Origin: an uncultured Planctomycetaceae bacterium
GTDB lineage: Bacteria > Planctomycetota > Planctomycetia > Pirellulales > PALSA-1355
Length of the DNA: 64,000 bases
Reading direction: 5' to 3'
Assembly: GCA_963785305.1 (NCBI GenBank)
Contig: CAWAUV010000008.1
Coordinates: 128,001 to 192,000, forward strand
The position numbers and the translations under genes were made by a program. The notes beneath the pieces were generated by a model. The model saw only the letters and a list, made by a program, of their open reading frames with translations, searched no databases and was not told the origin of the DNA. Below, piece after piece: positions 56,102 to 64,000 of the stretch (position 1 is its first letter; every line of letters begins with the position of its first letter).

Positions 56102-56753
56102 ATGACGAATGAAAACATCTATAGCGACGATCTTTCGCCCCAGCCCCGACCCGGCATGAGCACCGCCGCCAAATGGTTTTTGGGATTGGGCCTTGGCTGC
56201 GGCTTATTTAGTCTCTTGATCTGCGGCGGCATTATATTCACGGGCGGTTACATCGCCAAAAACGCCCAGATCACCGACCCGGTCGCGGTCCGAGCTCTGG
56301 CCGATGGCATTGTGTCGATGGATATTCCCGCGGAGTTGAAGCCCAAGATCGGAATGGATTTTCAGCTTCCGTTCACCTCGATTCGCTTCACAACGGTGGT
56401 GTTTTCAAATGAAGCCGACACCGCGAATCTGGTTCTCTGCCAGATCGTGGGGGCTGGCGACGATCAGGCCGCCCAAGCACAGAATGCGGCTGCAAATGGA
56501 AGCGCAATCGGGTCAGAGGCACAAGAACCGCGAGAAAATCACCGACGAAAAGAGCGAGCCCTACGAACGCGAAATCCACGGCTCGCCCGCGCATTTCAAG
56601 ATCCTGAGCGGAAAGAATGCGGCCGGCGCGGAGGTCCATGAGGTCGAGGGCGACTTCCAAGGAACCAAAGGCCCCGCCCTCTTGATGCTTCGCGCTCACG
56701 CCGACGACCTCTCAAGTGAAGCCCTCAAGCAAATGCTCGACTCGATGAAATAA
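56102..56753 (+). CDS. Hypothetical membrane-anchored protein (frameshift ~56480)
   Basis: Hydrophobic WFLGLGLGCGLFSLLICGG segment; continues in ORF 56409..56753 (REIHG..AHF...KGPALLML...MLDSMK). Confidence 0.6.
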
Positions 56754-56810
56754 GCGCGACGCGAGGCCGGGCGCGTTTCCGCGCGAAAAGCGAGTTCGGT
56801 CGGCCGCAAC

Positions 56811-57667
56811 TCAGCAAAATGCTGTTTCGAGAGGCGCGGTTTCACAAAGCGCCGATTCGCCGACCGAGCAGTCCGTGGCTCGACTCATCGCCGGGCAATC
56901 TTCCCGACGCTCGAGAATCGCCACCAGACTCACGCCTCGCCGGAACGCGCGCCCCGATTCACCCCGCGCGACTCGCAGCAGCCGATGGACCTCGCCGCAC
57001 ATGATGCGGCTCAGGAGCGCATTCACCGGTCGCGAGCGCATGGCGAAGTCGGTGCCGGCCCGGCCCGCGGTTTCGCCGCGCCACGCATTCCACCCGCGAA
57101 CGCCGCGTATCACCGGATACAATCGAGTATTGAAATAGCTCACCAACCGGCAAGTGACCGGTAACGTGGCCCAAAGCCGCTCGAAATCGGACTGGCGATA
57201 GCGGCGATAGTGGCCAAAAGACACATCATGGGGGCTCCAGAGCTCCGGACCCGCGGGTACGGTCAGCAAGAGCGACGCCCCCGGCCGAAGCGCCAGCGCC
57301 ACGTCGCGCAGCAACCCGGCGTCGTCGGGCACATGTTCGAGCACATCATTGAGCATCACCAGTCGGGCGCCTTGCAAAACCTCGCCCGGCAAGTCGCGCG
57401 GCGCTTCGCCGACAATCCACCGCGGCGCCGGATAGCGCTGGCGGGCCATGGCGATCACTTCGGCCGAGGTGTCGATGCCCACGGCTTGTCCGCGGCCGGC
57501 GAGCGACGCCAGATTCGCGCCGGCGCCGCAGCCGACATCGACCACGAAGTCCGCGGGCGCGATGGGAACCAGTTCATCGAGCAGACGACCGAGAATGGCG
57601 CGCGCGCCACGAACCACCAGTGGCGGCGCTCGATGTCGTCGTGGAGTTCGAATTGCGCGGTTTTCAT
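56811..57667 (-). CDS. Class I SAM-dependent methyltransferase (frameshift ~57605)
   Basis: IERRHWWF, VDVGCGAGAN, DVLEHV, TVPA...LWSPHD...GHYRRY and GVSL. Confidence 0.88.
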
Positions 57668-57746
57668 GGAAAAGTATAGCTCGCGTTTGGCTCGCTCGGC
57701 GGCCCCGAACAGCGGGCGAGCAAACGCTGTTTTTCCGTTGCCACGC

Positions 57747-57788
57747 AAAAAAAGCCGGGCCGAACGCGGTAGCGGCGTTCGGCCCGGC
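57747..57788 (-). terminator. Rho-independent terminator of the sigma factor gene
   Basis: Minus-strand stem GCCGGGCCGAACGC-loop-GCGTTCGGCCCGGC followed by T7. Confidence 0.8.
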
Positions 57789-57861
57789 GAAAAGGTTGGC
57801 TAGTTGGGTGTCACTCGCTGGGCGGCGCCCGACGATGCGGCGACCCGCGACATGATGTCGC

Positions 57862-59434
57862 TTAGTCCAAGAATCCGATCAACTCTTGGCTGCGGCTGGG
57901 CTGCTGAAGCTTGCGCACGGCCTTGGCTTCGATCTGGCGAATGCGTTCGCGCGTGACCTTGAAAATGTGGCCGACCTCTTCGAGCGTGTAGCTGTAGCCA
58001 TCGCCCAGCCCGTAGCGAAGCTTGATGATCTCGCGCTCGCGGTAGCTGAGCGTTTTGAGCACTTTGGCGATGCGACCGCGGAGCATTTCCTGCGCGGCGC
58101 CCACGGCCGGATTCTCGGCGCCCGAGTCGGGCAGCAAGTCGCCGAAGTGGCTGTCCTCGCTGTTGCCCACCGGACGGTCGAGACTGATCGGATAGCGGCT
58201 CATGGCGAGCACCCGGCGCACTTCGTCGATCGCGGTTCCGGCGGCTTGGGCTGTTTCTTCGATCGTCGGCTCGCGGCCGAGGTCTTGGAGCAACTGTCGC
58301 GACACATTGCGCACCCGGGACATGGTCTCGACCATGTGGACCGGAATGCGGATCGTGCGGCTCTGGTCGGCCACGGCGCGAGTGATCGCTTGGCGAATCC
58401 ACCAAGTGGCATACGTGCAGAACTTGAAGCCGCGGCGATATTCGAACTTGTCGACCGCGCGCATCAAGCCGGCGTTGCCCTCTTGGATCAGATCCAAGAA
58501 GCTCAAACCGCGATTTCGATATTTCTTGGCGATCGACACCACGAGCCGCAAGTTGCCTTCCGACAGTCCGCGCTTGGCCTGCTGATATTGCGAATACACG
58601 CCCCGCAGGCAGCGCACTCGGTTTCGGAGGCTGGTGGGCGACTCTTGGGTGGCCCGCAGGATGCCCCGAAATTCGATCATCCACGGCTTGCGTTCCGAGA
58701 GCGGCCCCTTGGCCTTGCGATGCGCCGCGATCTGCTGCTTGAGGTAATCGACCCGGCGGCTGAACTCCTCGAGCGAACGAATCATCGGCTCGAGTCGCTG
58801 GGTGCGCAGGCCGAGCTCCTCCACGAGCTTCACGGCGCGCATGCGCCGCCGGCCGAGCCGCAGCCACGCTTCGCGGCGGGCGGTCATCTTGTTCGAACTT
58901 GCCGGTCGCAAGTCGGTAGTCCTCGCGGTTGCGCTTCAGGAGAATCTCGATCGTCTTCAGATTATGCGGAAACCGGCCCAGGATTTGGTCTTTTTCCAAG
59001 CGATCGGTCACCGACACTTGCACCGTGCGGTCGAACGGCAATTCGCCCACATGCACGCGATTGAGAATCTTGACCGCCACCTGGATCACGTAGTCGCACT
59101 GGAGTAGCTTGTGGCGAAACCGGGCACGGGTCAACTCGATTCGCTTGGCGAGCGCGATTTCCTGGGCTCGGGTAAGGAGCGGAATCTCGCCCATTTGCGT
59201 CAAGTACATGCGCACGGGATCGTCCGACCAGGACTCGTTGTCATCCTCGACCGAGGCCAAGAGCTCGTCGGCCTTGGCTTCAAGGTCGACATCGAGATCG
59301 GCGCCCAGATCGGGTTCGTCCAAGTCCTCTTCGACATCGAGGTCGTCGACCGGCTTGCCGGCCAGATCGACTACGTCGTCCGGATTGGGTGTCGTGTCGT
59401 CGTCCAATTCGTCCAGTAATGATGCGTCGTACAA
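57862..59434 (-). CDS. RpoD/SigA-family sigma-70 factor (frameshift ~58900)
   Basis: Region 1.2 [16 protein letters not shown]; region 2 [31 protein letters not shown]...[11 protein letters not shown]; region 4 [20 protein letters not shown] start after AGGAG. Confidence 0.93.
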
Positions 59435-60518
59435 GTCAACACTCCTAATGAGCCAAGTGTGTAGCGACTGCCGTCCGCTCGCGGTGATCAGAACTTGGGG
59501 AAGTTCACCGCGACACGAATCCAAGCAACCATGAGAATGGAAGCGCGACGACGTCAGCCGCCGCGCGAGCGAGCAAACCCAGCGGGGACCTCCCTCCCGC
59601 GGGTTGATTGATGGTTCCACGAAACGCCACGGCCCTTGCACCGCGCCGAGCGCTCTCGGCGACTCGCCAGCAAAAACCTCTCCCCCGCTTCGCAACCGCC
59701 TGATTCGACCGCGCAATGGTCCGAAGTAATACCCAGCCCCTTGGCAAAAGCCTCGTCGCGGCATGAACTGCCGCACGGGTTCACTGGCTCGGGACATTCA
59801 GCGCATCGATTCAGTTTTCAACCGCCTCGAACAAAAACCTAATTCGCGTCCAAACAAAAACGCTCGCAGCCGGAACCGTTCCGACCGGAAGCGCTCGCAG
59901 CCGAATCGTCGACTTGCGTTTATCATTATTTCTTCAGACGCCGAGGAAAGCCACCAAATTCTAACACCCAAAGCGCGGTTGATTTCTCTCGCCCCGCATT
60001 TGGAAGAAGATTCCGATCCGCGAGTTTCGACCGCCCGCCCAGGGCGGTGAAAACCGTTAAAAAACCCGCTCTTTACCATGCCGCGCCGGCGGCGAGACAA
60101 ACGTAAACCACAAGGACACTCCAAATCCCCCGGAATCGGATGAATCCGAGGCGCGAAGCCATGCCGCTTCGAATTCCAATCAACTCCGCAGGGCCATTTT
60201 CCCCATGCCACGCGGATTGCCTATTTGTCGCAATGCTCTTTGCCGCCATCGCGCTGTTTGCCGCCCACGCGCTGATCGCCGCGGCGAGCGGCAAATCACC
60301 GCGACTTTTCGCAAAAGTGAGCGCGATCTCCTAACGAAAATGCCATCTAATTTTAGTGATCCGCCTCCAGGAGTCTAGGGGCGCGCGCCTGGAAAAAACC
60401 CTGAAGGACCAAAAAAATCTTCCGCGGCGCCCGGCGGTCGACCCCGCGAGAATGCGCCGGCGAAAAAACTCGCGGGAAGCGCCTTTCCCAAGCGCTCGTT
60501 GCACGCGAGAATTTTCCC

Positions 60519-61037
60519 ATGAGCCATTATCTTCTGCCTTGCGAGTGCGGCCGCTCCACGCCAATTGAAACTGCCCAGGCCGGCGAGACGATCGACTGCG
60601 ATTGCGGCAAAAAAAACATCGCGCCCACGATGCGCACTATCCGAAAACTGCCGGTCGCGGCGGCGCCGGTTCCGACTCAAAAACGCCGTGTCTGGGGGCC
60701 CGCCGAGGGTGTCGTGCTGCTGGGCGGCGTCGTGGCGCTGGTCGGAGCTGGACTCTTGGGATATTGTCTTGTCGCCGCGCCGCGACTCGATGTCGATCGC
60801 TTATCGGGTCAATTCGCGGACCTCGCCCCCGCGGAAACTTGGCGCATCTGGAACATGTTGCAACATGGCTTGCCCGGCCCGGCCTCGCTCGAAACAGCGA
60901 CCATCGTTCGCGAGGGGCAAGGCTGGCGCCAGATTTTCACGACCGGCTGGGTGATCGTGGCGATCGGCGGCGTGATCCTGGCGATGGGACTTGTCTACAA
61001 ACTCACCTTAAACGCCCCGCGGGCGAGGAAAACATGA
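60519..61037 (+). CDS. Hypothetical membrane protein with N-terminal CxCG...CxCG zinc-ribbon-like motif
   Basis: LPCECG...QAG..I.CDCG plus two hydrophobic segments; ATGA overlap with the next gene. Confidence 0.7.
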   Translation: MSHYLLPCECGRSTPIETAQAGETIDCDCGKKNIAPTMRTIRKLPVAAAPVPTQKRRVWGPAEGVVLLGGVVALVGAGLLGYCLVAAPRLDVDRLSGQFADLAPAETWRIWNMLQHGLPGPASLETATIVREGQGWRQIFTTGWVIVAIGGVILAMGLVYKLTLNAPRARKT

Positions 61038-62027
61038 AAGCCGCCTTCATCCGAGCCACCGGCCCTCCCGAAGTGATCGAATACGGAGACCTGCCCACGC
61101 CCGAGCCAGGGCCCGGACAAGTGCTCGTTCGCGCGCATGCCGTGGCCGTCAACCCGATCGACACCTACATTCGCTCGGGCGCCGTGGCAATGCGGTTGCC
61201 GATGCCGTTTATCGTCGGCGCCGATCTTGCCGGCGTCGTCACCGCGGTCGGTCCGGGAGCGCCGAAGTTTCAAGTCGGCCAGCGCGTGTGGGGCTCGAAT
61301 CAAGGACTGCTCGGGCGGCAAGGCACATTCGCCGAATACACCGCCATCGATGAGCATTGGCTCTATCATCTGCCCCCTGGCGTGGAATATGAACATGCCG
61401 CGGCGGTGGCGCTGGTGGGCATTACCGCGACATCTGGGACTGGTGCGCGACGCGCGGGTTCGCTCGGGCGAGACAGTGTTCGTGCAAGGCGGCACGGGCG
61501 GCGTGGGGTCGATGGTGGTGCAAATGGCCAGGGCGCTCGGCGCCCGCGTGGCCACGACCGCCGGCAGCAAAACCAAGCTCGCCCATTGCCATCGGATCGG
61601 GGCCGAGCTGGCCATCGACTACAAGCGCGACGACATCGCGGCGCGGCTGCGCGAGTTTGCTCCCGAAGGCGTCGATGTGTTTTGGGAAACGCAGCGCGAG
61701 CCAAATTTCGATTTCGCCGTGGGCCTGCTCGCGCCGCGGGGGCGCATGATCCTGATGGCGGGTCGCGAGGCGCGGCCGACATTTCCGGTCGGTCCCTTCT
61801 ATGTCAAAGGTTGCAGCCTGCACGGGTTCGCGATGTTCAACGCCACCCCGGCCGAGCAGCAAGCCGCCGCCGAGGATATCAATCGCTGGCTCGTGAGCGG
61901 GCAATTGCAGGCTCAGATCGGTTATGAAGCTCCGCTATCGCATGCTGCCGAAGCCCACCGCATGCAAGAAGACAACACGCTCCGCAAAGCCGGCACGCTC
62001 AGCGGCAAGATCGTGCTCAAGCCCTGA
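61034..62027 (+). CDS. NADPH:quinone reductase, MDR/Qor family (frameshift ~61430)
   Basis: MKAAFI..TGPPEV, AVNPIDTY.RSG, G.FAEY, GGTGGVG and GKIVLKP. Confidence 0.9.
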
Positions 62028-62102
62028 TCCGCGGCGCAGAGAAACGACAAACCCTTTGCGACACGCACTGATCGCACCGCCCTCATTCGCCACGGCCGCT
62101 CC

Positions 62103-62689
62103 ATGATTCTCTTGATCGACAACTACGATTCCTTCACCTACAACCTCGTGCAGCGGCTCGGCGAAATCGATCCGGCGTTGGACCTGCGCAGTCGTGCGCA
62201 ATGATTGTATCTCGCTCGATGAAATCGCCAGCCTCGAGCCTTCGCATCTGATCATCTCGCCCGGGCCATGCACTCCGAGCGAGGCCGGGGTTTCTTGCGA
62301 ATGCGTGACCCGCTTCGCCGGCAAGTTGCCGATTCTGGGCGTGTGTCTCGGGCATCAATCGATCGGGCAAGCCACCGGCGGCCAGATAGTGCGGGCCGAG
62401 CGACTCATGCACGGCAAGACCGATTTGATTCACCACGATGGCCTAGCGCTCTTCGCGGGGCTGGCGAATCCCTTCGTGGCCACGCGCTACCACAGTCTCG
62501 TGATCAAGCCCGACACCTTGAACGCCGACTATGTCGTGTGCGACGTGGAGCGATGGGCCCAATGGCCTGCGCGAGATCATGGGGATTCGTCATAAGCGGC
62601 ATCCGGTGTTCGGGGTTCAGTTTCATCCCGAGAGCTTCTTGACCGATGGCGGCGTGCGACTGCTCGAAAATTTCTTGAAGGTCGGCTGA
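62103..62689 (+). CDS. Anthranilate/aminodeoxychorismate synthase glutamine amidotransferase component II, TrpG/PabA (two frameshifts)
   Basis: [39 protein letters not shown] and GVQFHPES. Confidence 0.92.
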
Positions 62690-62955
62690 ACCTCGCCGGT
62701 GTGTTCTACCGGGCGATTTTTTTCTTGCCCGGGGCCAAGCCCGGCGCCCGATTGCGTGCTAGGTTTTCGCTGGCGGGCGTTTATTCGCCGGCGCTCCCGC
62801 GTTCCCATCTTATGCGCCGCGGAGTTTGCTGGCCTGCGCCGCGCGTTCCTGTCTTTGCCCAAGCGCGCATCTCGTTCATTCACGGTCTCGTTCGTTCACC
62901 GTCCCTTTCGTTCGTCTTCTCGTGGGGTCCTCTCGATCGCCGAGAGGAGCAATCG

Positions 62956-64000
62956 ATGCATACCCGCACCATCACCGGGCTGTTGGCTCTCGCGCTCGGA
63001 TTGCCGCTTCGCGCGGCCTGGGGCGCCGATCTTGGATCGGCAAGCGCGGGCGAGAGCGCCTCGGGCGCCGGCGGTATTGTGTGCGAATCGCGCGTCGCGG
63101 GCGAGGCAGGGCTGGCGGTGCTCGAACAAGGCGGCAATGCCGTCGACGCCGCGATCGCCACGGCGCTGGCGGCTCGCTGTCGCCTGGCCCGAAGCCGGCA
63201 ATGTAGGCGGTGGCGGTCTGATGTTGATCGAGCCCGGCGGCGAACAACCGCCAACAGTGATCGACTATCTCGAAACCGCGCCTTCGGCCGCCACGAGCAA
63301 ATTGCTGTTCCCGCCGCCGACCGAGGCCAGGCCCGCGGCGAATGGCGCGGCCCCATCACCGACCAATTCTCCGCTGCCCGGTCTCGCGCAACCCGACGAG
63401 CGGCGCCACGCTTGGATCGGCGCGCCAGGCACGCTGGCCGGCCTGTGGCTCGCGCACCACGATTACGGCAAGCTCGACTGGCCGCTCCTGGTTGCCCCGG
63501 CGATTCGCCTCGCGAGCGAGGGCGTGGACGTCGACACGGCGCTGGCGCATTCGCTCAACACGGCTTTGGCCGAGGCGTGTGATCTCGCCGATTTTCAGCG
63601 GCTCTTCCGGCCGCCGGGTGGCGGCCAATGGCAACCAGGCGACCGGCTTGCGCAGCCTGAGCTCGCGCGAACCTTGCGACGCGTCGCCGAGCAAGGGCCG
63701 CTCGCCTTGTGCTCGGGTCCTATCGCCGCCGCGATGGTCGATGAAGTGTGCTCCAACGGCGGCGTGCTTTCGATCGAAGATCTGGCCGGATATTCGGCAC
63801 GGCGGCGCGAGCCGCTGCATGGCGTTTATCGCGGCTACGATGTTTATGTTCCGCCGGCGCCCAGCAGCGGCGGACTCGCGCTGATCGAGGCGCTGAACAT
63901 GCTCGAGCCGTTTGAACTGCGCGCTTTCGAGCGCTGGTCGCCGTTTACCCTGCATCTTACGAGCGAAACGCTCTGGCGAGCCGAGGCAGACGTGGGACCG
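62956..64000 (+). CDS. ggt: Gamma-glutamyltransferase, 5' part (frameshifted, runs off window)
   Basis: Signal peptide, GGNAVDAAIATALA, GGGG.M, IDY.E.AP, PG.LAGL...H..YG.L.W..L..PAI.LA..G, QP.LA.TL and PP.PSSGG. Confidence 0.88.

Noticed and set aside
60602..61927. 441-aa ORF overlapping two genes
   Set aside because: Only 61034 to ~61430 is the Qor N-terminus; the rest is off-frame.

Overview
High-GC chromosomal segment from a Planctomycetota bacterium, probably Pirellulales-like. The assignment rests on DUF1501, two DUF1080 genes, a PmoA-like/DUF6807 protein, planctomycete dockerin-like repeats and a PEP-CTERM tail. More than half of the genes, including housekeeping ones (acs, an rpoD-type sigma factor, trpG/pabA), are broken by 1-2 nt indels. 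This looks like uncorrected long-read error rather than pseudogenisation, so I stitched genes across frames by eye. Layout: (1-25 kb) groES start, CAP/dockerin/PEP-CTERM protein, aquaglyceroporin-CobW pair, DUF1501/DUF1080/PmoA-like genes, desaturase, acs, bshB1-like, protease, xerC operon, degenerate GAF-SpoIIE, folP, His-rich secreted protein, WD40 protein. (25-38 kb) an RND permease and MFP followed by three tandem atypical TolC paralogues and a small secreted Pro/Tyr-rich protein. (38-56 kb) a general-stress/dormancy-type island with PNPOx-like, PRC-barrel, SDRs, FAD/Fe-S oxidoreductase, enolase, membrane patatin, Ku, Mn-catalase and LigD. (56-64 kb) methyltransferase, sigma-70, Qor, TrpG/PabA and a partial GGT. 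The best leads are the triple-TolC export locus (possibly a heterotrimeric channel) and seven correctly oriented sigma54-type -24/-12 motifs that tie the RND operon to the NHEJ/stress island as a candidate regulon. Two families of small MITE/REP-like elements are also present. No rRNA, tRNA, CRISPR array or transposase was seen. Family assignments come from recognising motifs by eye, not from database searches.
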